In this document: piece by piece, positions 1-28,300 of the stretch
Layout: each line of letters starts with the position of its first letter
Position numbering within the stretch: the stretch's first letter is position 1
From: Macrostomum hystrix
Lineage: Eukaryota > Animalia > Platyhelminthes
DNA length: 64,000 nt
Direction: 5' to 3'
Assembly (NCBI GenBank): GCA_950097015.1
Contig: CATNEN010000038.1
Coordinates: forward strand, 21,638,001 to 21,702,000
Notes under the pieces: generated by a model
Seen by the model: the letters and a program-made list of their open reading frames with translations, nothing else
Told to the model about the DNA's origin: nothing
Database searches by the model: none
Made by a program: the position numbers and the translations under genes

Positions 1-490
1 TCCCAAGTGGATTTCAGAATGGCAATCCCAGGTGGATTTCAAAATGGCAATCCCAGGTGGATTTCAGAATAGCAATCCCAATTGGATTTCAGAATAGCAA
101 TCCCAAGTGGATTTCAGAATGGCAATCCCAGGTGGATTTCAAAATGGCAATCCCAGGTGGATTTCAGAATAGCAATCCCAATTGGATTTCAGAATAGCAA
201 TCCCAATTGGATTTCAGAATAGCAATCCCAAGTGGATTTCAGAATGGCAATCCCAGGTGGATTTCAAAATGGCAATCCCAGGTGGATTTCAGAATAGCAA
301 TCCCAATTGGATTTCAGAATAGCAATCCCAAGTGGATTTCAGAATGGCAATCCCAGGTGGATTTCAAAATGGCAATCCCAGGTGGATTTCAGAATAGCAA
401 TCCCAATTGGATTTCAGAATAGCAATCCCAATTGGATTTCAGAATAGCAATCCAAAGTGGATTTCAGAATAGCAATCCCAAGTGAATTAA
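1..490. repeat. 25-bp minisatellite (tcccaggtggatttcagaatagcaa), intronic
   Basis: Direct tandem repeat, degenerating to about 605. Confidence 0.95.
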
Positions 491-692
491 AAATAGAAAT
501 TCCTGAGATAATTTGAAGTATAAATTTCTGGGAAAATTAAAAATAAAAATCCCAGGTGGATTTCAGAATATAAATTCCTGGGATAATTTAAAATTGAAAT
601 CCCAAGAGCATGGCAAAAATTTCGTAAAAAATGATTTACACACAGAAGGAATTAAATATAATCTCCATCTCTTACAACCCATTAATTTTTAG

Positions 693-13451
<12,759 letters not shown>

Positions 13452-13579
13452 GGTCTGGTGAACTCTGTTAGACTCTCTTGAGTTCTTGAGACATTGTGTG
13501 CAATTGCATGTTTTTTCGTTTCGGCTGACTTAAAATATGCTTAACCATTTGTTTTAATAATCAATATTAAATTTTCTTT

Positions 13580-13900
13580 AATCCAGGCGAGATTATTGAT
13601 AATCTAGGTGAGATTATCCATAATCTAGGTGAGATTATCCATAATCTAGGTGAGATTATCCATAATCTAGGTGAGGTTATCGATAATCTAGGTGAGATTA
13701 TCCATAATCTAGGTGAGATTATCCATAATCTAGGTGAGATTATACATAATCTAGGTGAGTTTATCCCTAATCTAGGTGAGATTATCCATAATCTAGGTGA
13801 GATTATCCATAATCTAGTTTGAGATTATCGATAATCTAGGTGAGTTTATCCCTAATCTAGGAGAGATTATCAGTAATATTAGTAAGATTATCTGGAATTA
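13580..13900. repeat. 21-bp minisatellite (ataatctaggtgagattatcc)
   Basis: Tandem repeat. Confidence 0.9.
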
Positions 13901-14499
13901 TTGTGAGAATATCCTAAATATTGGCGAGATTATCAGAAATTGATGCAAGATTATCTTGCATCTAGTCGAGATTAACCGCATCCCAGTAGGTTATTTAATC
14001 CCAGATATGGATTTTTCGAAATGAACAAATGAATTTACATTTCTAATGTGGTAATTTAGAATTCCAGGTGTCAAAATATTCGTTTTCTGATACAATTTCT
14101 CACATGTAGTGCTAATTTTAGTTTTCATATCTCTAGTTATGGTTTTAATTGCTAGTCAAGTCAAGCAACACAAGCAGATGAAGTTAAATGAATTGAGTTC
14201 GTTCTAAATCCAACAAAGGTCTACTTGCTACTTTTTTTGTTCTGCGAGGTAATACGTTTTTTCAATTTTATTACTGGTGGCTTTGTTTTTCTGATTTTAG
14301 TTTTCCCTCTGCTAAGATTTGTTTTATTGGAATTGTCCTGAAATTCTTGGGCAACTAAATATTATATATAAAAATATTTCAGTTTTCAAGTCTTAGATTT
14401 TTTTGTTAAAATCTCATCCCTATTTTATTTTTCCCCCTTAATCTCATTCTTAATTAACAAATCCCGAACTTATTTTTAAGCACTATTTTTTGCATATTT

Positions 14500-16550
14500 C
14501 TATATTTGTCTCTCAAAACATCTCATCCCTGATTTTCATGTCTCATATTTGTCTCTCAAAATCTCATCCCTGATTTTCATGTCCCATATTTGTCTCTCAA
14601 AATCTCATCCCCGATTTTCATGTCCCATATTTGTCTCTCAAAACATCTCATCCCTGATTTTCATGTCCCATATTTGTCTCTCAAAACATCTCATCCCTGA
14701 TTTTTATGTCCCATATTTGTCTCTCAAAATCTCATCCCTGATTTTCATGTCCCATATTTGTCTCTCAAAACATCTCATCCCTGATTTTCATGTCTCATAT
14801 TTATCTCTCAAAACATCTCATCCCTGATTTTCATGTCCCATATTTGTCTCTCAAAACATCTCATCCCTGATTTTCATGTCCCATATTTGTCTCTCAAAAT
14901 CTCATCCCCGATTTTCATGTCCCATATTTGTCTCTCAAAACATCTCATCCCTGATTTTCATGTCCCATATTTGTCTCTCAAAACATCTCATCCCTGATTT
15001 TCATGTCCCATATTTGTCTCTCAAAATCTCATCCCTGATTTTCATGTCCCATATTTGTCTCTCAAAACATCTCATCCCTGATTTTCATGTCCCATATTTG
15101 TCTCTCAAAACATCTCATCCCTGATTTTCATGTCTCATATTTATCTCTCAAGACATCTCATCCCCGATTTTCATGTCCCATATTTGTCTCTCAAAATCTC
15201 ATCCCTGATTTTCATGTCTCATATTTGTCTCTCAAGACATCTCATCCCCGATTTTCATGTCCCATATTTGTCTCTCAAAATCTCATCCCTGATTTTCATG
15301 TCTCATATTTGTCTCTCAAAACATCTCATCCCCGATTTTCATGTCTCATATTTGTCTCTCAAGACATCTCATCCCTGATTTTCATGTCTCATATTTGTCT
15401 CTCAAAATCTCATCCCCGATTTTCATGTCTCATATTTTTCTCTCAAAATCTCATCCCTGATTTTCATGTCTCATATTTATCTCTCAAAATCTCATCCCTG
15501 ATTTTCATGTCTCATATTTGTCTCTCAAAATCTCATCCCTGATTTTCATGTCTCATTTTTGTCTCTCAAAATCTCATCCCTGATTTTCATGTCCCATATT
15601 TGTCTCTCAAAATCTCATCCCTGATTTTCATGTCTCATATTTGTCTCTCAAAATCTCATCCCTGATTTTCATGTCTCATATTTGTCTCTCAAAACATCTC
15701 ATCCCTGATTTTCATGTCTCATATTTATCTCTCAAAATCTCATCCCTGATTTTCAAGTCTCATATTTGTCTCTCAAAACATCTCATCCCTGATTTTCATG
15801 TCTCATATTTATCTCTCAAAATCTCATCCCTGATTTTCATGTCTCATATTTGTCTCTCAAAATCTCATCCCTGATTTTCATGTCTCATATTTGTCTCTCA
15901 AAACATCTCATCCCTGATTTTCAAGTCTCATAGTTGTCTCTCAAAATCTCATCCCTGATTTTCATGTCCCATATTTGTCTCTCAAAATCTCATCCCTGAT
16001 TTTCAAGTCTCATATTTGTCTCTCAAAATCTCATCCCTGATTTTCATGTCTCATATTTGTCTCTCAAAACATCTCATCCCTGATTTTCATGTCTCATATT
16101 TGTCTCTCAAAACATCTCATCCCTGATTTTCATGTCTCATATTTGTCTCTCAAAATCTCATCCCTGATTTTCATGTCTCATATTTGTCTCTCAAAATCTC
16201 ATCCCTGATTTTCATGTCTCATATTTGTCTCTCAAAACATCTCATCCCTAATTTTCATGTCTCATATTTGTCTCTCAAAACATCTCATCCCTAATTTTCA
16301 AGTCTCATATTTGTCTCTCAAAACATCTCATCCCTAATTTTCATGTCTCATATTTGTCTCTCAAAACATCTCATCCCTAATTTTCAAGTCTCATATTTGT
16401 CTCTCAAAACATCTCATCCCTAATTTTCATGTCTCATATTTGTCTCTCAAAACATCTCATCCCTGATTTTCATGTCTCATATTTGTCTCTCAAAATCTCA
16501 TCCCTGATTTTCAGGTCTCATAGTTGTCTCTCAAAATCTCATCCCTAATT
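14500..16550. repeat. 41/43-bp minisatellite (tctcatccctgattttcatgtcccatatttgtctctcaaaa[ca])
   Basis: Tandem repeat. Confidence 0.95.
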
Positions 16551-17349
16551 ACCAAATCTCGTAGCTTGTTATTTCATAATCATAGATTTTTTAGTAAAAA
16601 GTTTTTATTATTTAAGTATCTTTGGAATATTTGAATATAATTTCAAATTCGATTGCTTGATTCGATTTCAATTTATCCTTTCAAGGGTCAAATTTTTCTA
16701 ATTAGCCTAAGTATTTGACTTAGTATTTCAACAGATCTTAGCAGAAATCTTGTTGTTTTTTTGCTAGAAATCTCAAATTGTTTGTTGTTTAGTTTGCTAA
16801 AAAATGAGTTACTTTATTAAATAAACTAAATATAGGTAGATGTGTTTCTTAGAAACATAATATTTAGAATAGATGTACCAGCTCGATAGCTTCAGGTTGT
16901 CTGTAGTCCTTCACAAACTAATTTGTGCAATAATTCATTTCGTTTGCTTCAGTATCTTGTTATAATGATTTTTATTCATTTATTTCTAAATCGCTGTTCG
17001 CTTTTTTTCAGCAATTATTTTAATCCTCAGGAGAACGAAAGCAGTTAATTCTTGTTGCCCGAAATTTAGTTTAACAATTTTGTTCCTGTTTGTGAATTAA
17101 CTGTATCCAGTTTATCCAGTGACGAAGTCAAATCACTTTCCGTCTAGTTTTGTTTGTGTTTTTTGCTTCATGCTTTTATAAGCACAAAGCTTACTTCATT
17201 TTCATATGGCTTAAAAAACTAGTTTTCGGCTTTGAAAAAAACTAAAAAATGAGTTGCCAAATTGGACAACACAAGTTTTGTAGAGCAGAAGCATTTCACG
17301 ACTCTATTTTTTTCTGATTCAACCGCCACAAACCCACACGAAACTAAAA

Positions 17350-19010
17350 TATTTATCCTCCCAGATCCTCAGTTTATAATTGCCATCCTCCCAGATCCTC
17401 AGTTTATGGTTGCCATCCTCCCAGATCCTCAGTTTATAATTGCCATCCTCCCAGATCCTCAGTTTATAATTTCCATCCTCCCAGAACCTTAGTTTATGGT
17501 TGCCATCCTCCCAGAACCTTAGTTTATGGTTGCCATCCTCCCAGAACCTTAGTTTATGGTTGCCATCCTCCCAGAACCTTAGTTTATAGTTGCCATCCTC
17601 CCAGATCCTTAGTTTATGGTTGCCATCCTCCCAGATCCTTAGTTTATGGTTGCCATCCTCCCAGATCCTCAGTTTATGGTTGCCATCCTCCCAGATCCTC
17701 AGTTTATGGTTGCCATCCTCCCAGATCCTTAGTTTATGGTTGCCATCCTCCCAGATCCTCAGTTTATGGTTGCCATCCTCCCAGATCCTCAGTTTATGGT
17801 TGCCATCCTCCCAGATCCTCAGTTTATGGTTGCCATCCTCCCAGATCCTCAGTTTATAATTGCCATCCTCCCAGATCCTCAGTTTATGGTTGCCATCCTC
17901 CCAGATCCTTAGTTTATGGTTGCCATCCTCCCAGATCCTCAATTTATAATTGCCATCCTCCCAGATCCTTAGTTTATGGTTGCCATCCTCCCAGATCCTT
18001 AGTTTATGGTTGCCATCCTCCCAGATCCTTAGTTTATGGTTGCCATCCTCCCAGATCCTTAGTTTATGGTTGCCATCCTCCCAGATCCTCAGTTTATAAT
18101 TGCCATCCTCCCAGATCCTTAGTTTATGGTTGCCATCCTCCCAGATCCTCAATTTATAATTGCCATCCTCCCAGATCCTTAGTTTATGGTTGCCATCCTC
18201 CCAGATCCTCAGTTTATAATTGCCATCCTCCCAGATCCTTAGTTTATGGTTGCCATCCTCCCAGATCCTCAGTTTATGGTTGCCATCCTCCCAGATCCTC
18301 AGTTTATGGTTGCCATCCTCCCAGATCCTCAGTTTATGGTTGCCATCCTCCCAGATCCTCAGTTTTTATGTTTGCCATCCTCCCAGATCCTCAGTTTATG
18401 GTTGCCATCCTCCCAGATCCTCAGTTTATAATTGCCATCCTCCCAGATCCTCAGTTTATAAATGCCATCCTCCCAGATCCTCAGTTTATGGTTGCCATCC
18501 TCCCAGATCCTCAGTTTATGGTTGCCATCCTCCCAGATCCTTAGTTTATGGTTGCCATCCTCCCAGATCCTTAGTTTATAATTGCCATCCTCCCAGATCC
18601 TTAGTTTATGGTTGCCATCCTCCCAGATCCTCAGTTTATGGTTGCCATCCTCCCAGATCCTCAGTTTATGGTTGCCATCCTCCCAGATCCTCAGTTTATG
18701 GTTGCCATCCTCCCAGATCCTCAGTTTATAATTGCCATCCTCCCAGATCCTCAGTTTATAATTGCCATCCTCCCAGATCCTTAGTTTATGGTTGCCATCC
18801 TCCCAGATCCTTAGTTTATAATTGCCATCCTCCCAGATCCTCAGTTTATGGTTGCCATCCTCCCAGATCCTTAGTTTATCTTCTCAAATCCCCATGCGGT
18901 TTATAATTGCCATCCTCCCAGATCCTTCGTTTTTAATTGCCATCCTCCCTTGTTCTCATTTTATCCTCCCAAATCCTCAGTTTATCCTCCCAGATCTTCA
19001 GTTTATCCTC
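17350..19010. repeat. 30-bp minisatellite (tgccatcctcccagatcctcagtttatggt)
   Basis: Tandem repeat. Confidence 0.95.
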
Positions 19011-19346
19011 CCATTTTTACTTTACTTCTTTCTTGCACAAATCTTAACTACGAGCTGGTAACTTCTTGCTCTTAACTACTTGCACACTCGTACATCCTAA
19101 CTTGTAAAAATAAGTAATAAATGGATCGATGTAATGTCAATCTATTGTCATTACATCCGATTAATCAAAATGTGGGTTTTTTAGAACAAATTTTATATCA
19201 GTAACAACAAATTGAGTAATTAATTATTGTTCTAATGTTAAACAATACTACTGGTAATTTGAGATATGGAAAAGCAATCATGTTAGCAAAAAAAGAAAAA
19301 TTGGTTACTATAGTTTTAGCGCTGAAAAATCGTTTGTCTCTAGGAA

Positions 19347-22300
19347 TTATATATTGAAAAAGTAATCGACAATGTCATCTGGTGAGAAGCCCTCGAAGCA
19401 CAGATTTTTTACAATGAACCTTGCACACACCTGAAATTGATTAGGAATCGTTGGCAAATTTGTAGAATAACATACGAACAATTACGAGTGGATGATTTCT
19501 CAAACGGATTCATTCATTTTGAACTTGTCACACGATTTTTCGATCGAATATCTACAAATAGTATACAGATTATCCATCGGGAGAAATTATCACAGATTAT
19601 CGATCGAGAATATTATCAAACAGATTATCGAAGATATTGTCAAACAGATTATCGATCGGAGATATTATCAAACAAATTATCGATCGGGGATTTTGTCAAA
19701 CAGATTATCGATCAAGGATATTGTCAAACAGATTATCGATCAAGGATATTGTCAAACTGATTATCGATCGGGGATATTATCAAAGAGATTATCGATCGGA
19801 TATATTATCAAACAAATTATCGATTGGGGATTTTGTCAAACAGATTATCAATCGGGGATTTTGCTAAACTGATTACCGATCGAGGATATTGTCAAAGAGA
19901 TAATCGATCCGGGATATTATCGATCAGGATATTGTCAAACAGATTATCGATCGGGATATTGTCAAACAGATAGTCGATCCGGGATATTATCGATCAGGAT
20001 ATTGTCAAACAGATTATCGATCGGGATATTGTCAAACAGATTTTCGCTCAAGGATATTGTCAAGCAGATTATCGATAGAGAATATTATCACATGATCCAT
20101 CGAGGATACTAATTGTTAAACAGATTACCGATCGGGATATTGTCAAACAGATTTTCGATCAAGGATATTGTCAAACAGATTATCGATCAAGGATATTGCC
20201 AAACAGATTAGCGATCGAAGATATTGTCACACAGATTATCGATCAAGAATATTGTCAAACTGATTATCGATCGGGGATTTTGCTAAACTGATTACCGATC
20301 GAGGATATTGTCAAACAGATTATCGATCCGGGATATTATCGATCAGGATATTGTCAAACTGATTATCGATCGGGGATTTTGCTAAACAGATTATCGATCG
20401 GGATATTGTCAAACAGATAGTCGATCCGGGATATTATCGATCAGGATATTGTTAAACAGATTACCGATCGGGATATTGTCAAACAGATTTTCGATCAAGG
20501 ATATTGTCAAACAGATTATCGATCAAGGATATTGCCAAACAGATTAGCGATCGAAGATATTGTCACACAGATTATCGATCAAGAATATTGTCAAACTGAT
20601 TATCGATCGGGGATTTTGCTAAACTGATTACCGATCGAGGATATTGTCAAACAGATTATCGATCCGGGATATTATCGATCAGGATATTGTCAAACTGATT
20701 ATCGATCGGGGATTTTGCTAAACTGATTACCGATCGAGGATATTGTCAAACAGATTATCGATCCGGGATATTATCGATCAGGATATTGTCAAACTGATTA
20801 TCGATCGGGGATTTTGTCAAACAGATTTTCGATAGAGAATATTATCACATATGATCCATCGAGGATATTATTAAACAGATTATCGATCGGGATATTGTCA
20901 AACAGATTTTCGATCAAGGATATTGTCAAACAGATTATCGATAGAGGTATCACAGATGATGGATTCAGTATCTTCAGCAGTGATCAGTTTTTTATATACG
21001 AATTTGCAATTTCAAAGAACTGTTTTGAACCCACCTGCGTGGCATAAGTCTGATCCTTGGATTTCACCGACTTGCGCCTCTGGTCGATAACGTTGGACCT
21101 GTCGGAGATGGTCTGATTGAAGGCGCTGAGAATGTGCGACCGGCGCTCCGGCACCGACATGAAACCCAGGGAGATGACATAGCGCTGGAAACTCTTCTTG
21201 ATGTGCTTGCACAGCAGGGCAATGTACTCTAATCGCCTGCGGCGGCCTTTTTAGCATTAACGTAGAAAACCTCTGCTATAGGCGACGTTTCCGTTAAATC
21301 TTTGAAAACAATGCTCCTCTTGGGATCGCTTTCATCCCCTTGGGATCGCTTTGATCCCCTTGAGATCGCTTTGATCCCCTTGTGATCCCTTTGCTCCCCT
21401 TGAGATCGCTTTGATCCCCTTGGGATCCCTTTGCTCCCCTTGAGATCCCTTTGCTCCCTTTGAGATCGCTTTGATCCCCTTGAGATCGCTTTGATCCCCT
21501 TGGGATCCCTTTGCTCCCCTTGAGATCGCTTTGATCCCTTGGGATCCCTTTGCTCCCCTTGAGATCCCTTTGCTCCCTTTGAGATCGCTTTGTTCCCCTT
21601 GAGATCGCTTTGATCCCCTTGGGATCCCTTTGCTCCCCTTGAGATCGCTTTGATCCCCTTGGGATCCCTTTGTTCCCCTTGAGATCGCTTTGTTCCCCTT
21701 GAGATCGCTTTGATCCCCTTGGGATCCCTTTGCTCCCCTTGAGATCGCTTTGATCCCCTTGAGATCCCTTTGCTCCCCTTGAGATCGCTTTGTTCCCCTT
21801 GAGATCGCTTTGATCCCCTTGGGATCCCTTTGCTCCCCTTGAGATCGCTTTGATCCCCTTGGGATCCCTTTGCTCCCCTTGAGATCGCTTTAATCGCCTT
21901 GGCCTCGTTTTGATCTATTGATCTTGATTCTTAAGTACCTATTTCAAAATCCATACTCACCCGACAGGTAAGAAATCTGTTGATTCATCTCGCTGTACAT
22001 CAGACGAAATATCACGTGAATGATTGGCTCCGTTTGGCCGTCGATACTATCCGGCTCAATTTTGAGTCTCTTGTAGACCAGACCAACCAATGGCACGTTG
22101 ATTATGTTGACTGCTGTGCAGACGATAAACAGGCTCCATTGCATTAGCAGCAGATGGGTCAGGCACACCTGATGTAACAACATGTCGACCATTTTTTATC
22201 AACCATCTACTTTTAATTTGGTCGGATTGAGTCTTTTCTGACATTCAACAAAGCCAGTTGTGTTTAACAGGAACAGTCATGTCTAACAGGTCCAGTCATA

Positions 22301-25300
22301 TCTAACAGGTCCAGTCATATCTAACAGGTCCAGTCATATCTAACAGGAACAGTCATCTCTAACAGGTCCAGTCATATCTAACAGGTCCAGCCATATTTAA
22401 CAAGAATAGTCATATCTAACAGGTCCAGGCAAATCTAACAAGAAAAGTCATATCTAACAGGTCCAGTCATATCTAACAGGTCCAGTCATATCTAACAGGT
22501 CCAGGCATATCTAACAAGAAAAGTCATATCTTACAGGTCCAGTCATATCTAACAGGTCCAGGCATATCTAACAAGAAAAGTCATATCTAACAGGTCCAGT
22601 CATATCTAACAGGTCCAGGCATATCTAACAAGAATAGTCATATCTAACAGGTCCAGGCATATCTAACAAGAATAGTCATAACTAACAAGTCCAGTCATAT
22701 CTAACAGGTCCAGGCATATCTAACAAGAATAGTCATATCTAACAGGTCCAGGCATATCTAACAAGAAAAGTCATGTCTAACAGGTCCAGTCATATCTAAC
22801 AGGTCCAGTCATATTTAACAGGTCCAGCCATATTTAACAAGAATAGTCATATCTAACAGGAATAGTCATTTCTAACAGGTCCAGTCATATCTAACAAGAA
22901 TAGTCATATCTAACAGGTCCAGGCATATCTAACAAGAAAAGTCATATCTAACAGGTCCAGTCATATCTAACAGGTCCAGTCATATCTAACAGGTCCAGGC
23001 ATATCTAACAAGAAAAGTCATATCTAACAGGTCCAGTCATATCTAACAGGTCCAGGCATATCTAACAAGAATAGTCATATCTAACAGGTCCAGGCATATC
23101 TAACAAGAATAGTCATATCTAACAAGTCCAGTCATATCTAACAGGTCCAGGCATATCTAACAAGAAAAGTCATATCTAACAGGTCCAGGCATATCTAACA
23201 AGAATAGTCATATCTAACAGGTCCAGTCATATCTAACAGGTCCAGGCATATCTAACAAGAATAGTCATATCTAACAGGTCCAGGCATATCTAACAGGTCC
23301 AGTCATATCTAACAAGAATAGTCATATCTAACAGGTCCAGTCATATCTAACAGGTCCAGTCATATCTAACAGGTCCAGTCATATCTAACAAGTCCAGGCA
23401 TATCTAACAAGAATATTCATATCTTACAGGTCCAGTCATATCTAACAGGTCCAGTCATATCTAACAGGTCCAGTCATATCTAACAGGTCCAGTCATATCT
23501 AACAGGTCCAGACATATCTAACAGGTCCAGTCATATCTAACAGGTCCAGTCATATCTAACAGGTCCAGTCATATCTAACAGGTCCAGTCATATCTAACAG
23601 GTCCAGTCATATCTAACAAGAATATTCATATCTAACAGGTCCAGTAATATCTAACAGGTCCAGTCATATCTAACAGGTCCAGGCATATCTAACAAGAAAG
23701 TCATATCTAACAGGTCCAGTCACATCTAACAGGTCCAGGCATATCTAACAAGAATAGTCATATCTAACAGGTCCAGTCATATCTAACAGGTCCAGGCATA
23801 TCTAACAAGAATAGTCATATCTAACAGGTCCAGGCATATCTAACAAGAATAGTCGTATCTAACAGGTCCAGTCACATCTAACAGGTCCAGGCATATCTAA
23901 CAAGAATAGTCATATCTAACAGGTCCAGTCATATCTAACAGGTCCAGGCATATTTAACAGGTCCAGCCATATTTAACAAGAATAGTCATATCTAACAGGA
24001 ATAGTCATTTCTAACAGGTCCAGTCATATCTAACAAGAATAGTCATATCTAACAGGTCCAGGCATATCTAACAAGAAAAGTCATATCTAACAGGTCCAGT
24101 CATATCTAACAGGTCCAGTCATATCTAACAGGTCCAGGCATATCTAACAAGAAAAGTCATATCTAACAGGTCCAGTCATATCTAACAGGTCCAGGCATAT
24201 CTAACAAGAATAGTCATATCTAACAGGTCCAGGCATATCTAACAGGTCCAGTCATATCTAACAGGTCCAGTCATATCTAACAAGAATAGTCATATCTAAC
24301 AGGTCCAGGCATATCTAACAAGAAAAGTCATATCTAACAGGTCCAGTCATATCTAACAGGTCCAGTCATATCTAACAGGTCCAGGCATATCTAACAAGAA
24401 AAGTCATATCTAACAGGTCCAGTCATATCTAACAGGTCCAGGCATATCTAACAAGAATAGTCATATCTAACAGGTCCAGGCATATCTAACAAGAATAGTC
24501 ATATCTAACAGGTCCAGGCATATCTAACAAGAAAAGTCATATCTAACAGGTCCAGTCATATCTAACAGGTCCAGGCATATCTAACAAGAATAGTCATATC
24601 TAACAGGTCCAGTCATATCTAACAGGTCCAGGCATATCTAACAAGAATAGTCATATCTAACAGGTCCAGGCATATCTAACAGGTCCAGTCATATCTAACA
24701 AGAATAGTCATATCTAACAGGTCCAGTCATATCTAACAGGTCCAGTCATATCTAACAGTTCCAGTCATATCTAACAAGAAAAGTCATATCTAACAGGTCC
24801 AGGCATATCTAACAAGAATAGTCATATCTAACAAGAATAGTCATATCTAACAAGAATAGTCATATCTAACAGGTCCAGGCATATCTAACAAGAAAAGTCA
24901 TATCTAACAGGTCCAGTCATATCTAACAGGTCCAGTCATATCTAACAGGTCCAGGCATATCTAACAAGAAAAGTCATATCTAACAGGTCCAGTCATATCT
25001 AACAGGTCCAGGCATATCTAACAAGAATAGTCATATCTAACAGGTCCAGGCATATCTAACAAGAATAGTCATATCTAACAGGTCCAGTCATATCTAACAG
25101 GTCCAGGCATATCTAACAAGAAAAGTCATATCTAACAGGTCCAGTCATATCTAACAGGTCCAGGCATATCTAACAAGAATAGTCATATCTAACAGGTCCA
25201 GTCATATCTAACAGGTCCAGGCATGTCTAACAAGAATAGTCATATCTAACAGGTCCAGGCATATCTAACAGGTCCAGTCATATCTAACAAGAATAGTCAT

Positions 25301-28300
25301 ATCTAACAGGTCCAGTCATATCTAACAGGTCCAGTCATATCTAACAGGTCCAGTCATATCTAACAAGAAAAGTCATATCTAACAGGTCCAGGCATATCTA
25401 ACAAGAATAGTCATATCTAACAAGAATAGTCATATCTAACAAGAATAGTCATAGCTAGCAGGTCCAGGCATATCTAACAAGAAAAGTCATATCTAACAGG
25501 TCCAGTCATATCTAACAAGAATAGTCATATCTAACAGGTCCAGTCATATCTAACAGGTCCAGTCATATCTAACAGGTCCAGTCATATCTAACAAGAAAAG
25601 TCATATCTAACAGGTCCAGGCATATCTAACAAGAATAGTCATATCTAACAAGAATAGTCATATCTAACAAGAATAGTCATATCTAGCAGGTCCAGGCATA
25701 TCTAACAAGAAAAGTCATATCTAACAGGTCCAGGCATATCTAACAAGAATAGTCGTATCGAACAGGTCCAGTCATATCTAACAGGTCCAGTCATATCTAA
25801 CAGGTCCAGTCATATCTAACAAGAATAGTCATATCTAACAGGTCCAGGCATATCTAACAGGTCCAGTCATATCTAACAGGTCCAGTCATATCTAACAGGT
25901 CCAGTCATATCTAACAAGTCCAGGCATATCTAACAAGAATATTCATATCTTACAGGTCCAGTCATATCTAACAGGTCCAGTCATATCTAACAGGTCCAGT
26001 CATATCTAACAGGTCCAGTCATATCTAACAGGTCCAGTCATATCTAACAAGAATAGTCATATCTAACAGGTCCAGGCATATCTAACAAGAATATTCATAT
26101 CTAACAGGTCCAGTCATATCTAACAGGTCCAGTCATATCTAACAGGTCCAGTCATATCTGACAGATCCAGTCATATCTTGTCAGATCTAGCCGGAAATTT
26201 CACTTCTGATGGGACTGAAATTACAAGCGAGTTGGGTAAATTTCTCACCTGGAATCGCTCGTTGTACTGCTGCAGGTTGATTAGGCTAAGCAGCGATGGT
26301 GTTGACATCGTGTGAATCAGCACCTGAAGTTGCATCATGCTGTCGCGCACTTTAAAGCCCAGCCTTTTAACTGCGTCAAGATGGTGGATTTGTCATCAGG
26401 TGCATTTTTTGCTAATGCCTTTTCCACTGACTGCAACCCTGCACTCCCTACAAATGCTTGCAACCCTGCACTCCCTACAAATGCTTGCAACCCTGCACTC
26501 CCTACAAATGCTTGCAACCCTGCACTCCCTACAAATGCTTGCAAACCTGCACTCCCTACAAATGCTTGCGACCCTGCACTCCATACAAATGCTTGCAAAC
26601 CTGCACTTTCTACAAATGCTTGCAACCCTGCACTCCATACAAATGCTTGCAACCCTGCACTCCCTACAAATGCTTGCAACCCTGCACTCCCTACAAATGC
26701 TTGCAAACCTGCACTCCCTACAAATGCTTGCGACCCTGCACTCCATACAAATGCTTGCAAACCTGCACTTTCTACAAATGCTTGCAACCCTGCACTCCCT
26801 ACAAATGCTTGCGACCCTGCACTCCCTACAAATGCTTGCAACCCTGCACTCCCTACAAATGCTTGCGACCCTGCACTCCCTACAAATGCTTGCAACCCTG
26901 CACTCCCTACAAATGCTTGCAACCCTGCACTCCCTACAAATGCTTGCGACCCTGCACTCCATACAAATGCTTGCGACCCTGCACTCCCTAAAAATGCTTG
27001 CAACCCTGCACTCCCAACAAATGCTTGCAACCCTGCACTCCCAAAAAAAAGTTGCAACCCTGCACTCCCTACAAATTCTTGCAAACCTACACTCCCTACA
27101 AATTCTTGCAAACCTACACTCCCTACAGATTCTTGCAACCCTGCACTCCCTACAAATGCTTGCGACCCTGCACTCCCTAAAAATGCTTGCAACCCTGCAC
27201 TCCCAACAAATGCTTGCAACCCTGCACTCCCTACAAAAGCTTGCAACCCTGCACTCCCTACAAATGCTTGCAACCCTGCACTCCCAAAAAAAAGTTGCAA
27301 CCCTGCACTCCCTACAAATTCTTGCAATCCTGTACTCCCTACAAATTCTTGCAAACCTACACTCCCTACAAATGCTTGCAAACCTGCACTCCCTACAAAT
27401 GCTTGCGACCCTGCACTCCCTAAAAATGCTTGCAACCCTGCACTCCATACAAATGCTTGCAACCCTGCACTCCCTACAAATGCTTGCAACCCTGCACTCC
27501 CTACAAATGCTTGCAAACCTGCACTCCCTACAAATGCTTGCGACCCTGCACTCCATACAAATGCTTGCAAACCTGCACTTTCTACAAATGCTTGCAACCC
27601 TGCACTCCCTACAAATGCTTGCGACCCTGCACTCCCTACAAATGCTTGCAACCCTGCACTCCCTACAAATGCTTGCAACCCTGCACTCCCTACAAATGCT
27701 TGCGACCCTGCACTCCATACAAATGCTTGCGACCCTGCACTCCCTAAAAATGCTTGCAACCCTGCACTCCCAACAAATGCTTGCAACCCTGCACTCCCTA
27801 CAGATTCTTGCAACCCTGCACTCCCTACAAATGCTTGCGACCCTGCACTCCCTAAAAATGCTTGCAACCCTGCACTCCCAACAAATGCTTGCAACCCTGC
27901 ACTCCCTACAAATGCTTGCAACCCTGCACTCCCTACAAATGCTTGCAACCCTGCACTCCCAAAAAAAAGTTGCAACCCTGCACTCCCTACAAATTCTTGC
28001 AATCCTGCACTCCCTACAAATTCTTGCAAACCTACACTCCCTACAGATTCTTGCAACCCTGCACTCCCTACAAATGCTTGCGACCCTGCACTCCCTAAAA
28101 ATGCTTGCAACCCTGCACTCCCAACAAATGCTTGCAACCCTGCACTCCCTACAAAAGCTTGCAACCCTGCACTCCCTACAAATGCTTGCAACCCTGCACT
28201 CCCAAAAAAAAGTTGCAACCCTGCACTCCCTACAAATTCTTGCAATCCTGTACTCCCTACAAATTCTTGCAAACCTACACTCCCTACAAATGCTTGCAAA

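Noticed and set aside
17262-19061. Repeat ORFs (RIWEDGNHKL, CHPPRSSVY)
   Set aside because: Artefacts of the 30-bp minisatellite
21012-21257. Supplied ORF MLKRPPQAIRVHC as the NHE exon frame
   Set aside because: Another frame (RRRRLEYIALLCKHIKKSFQRYV) fits the phase-1 junction and resembles the NHE cytosolic tail
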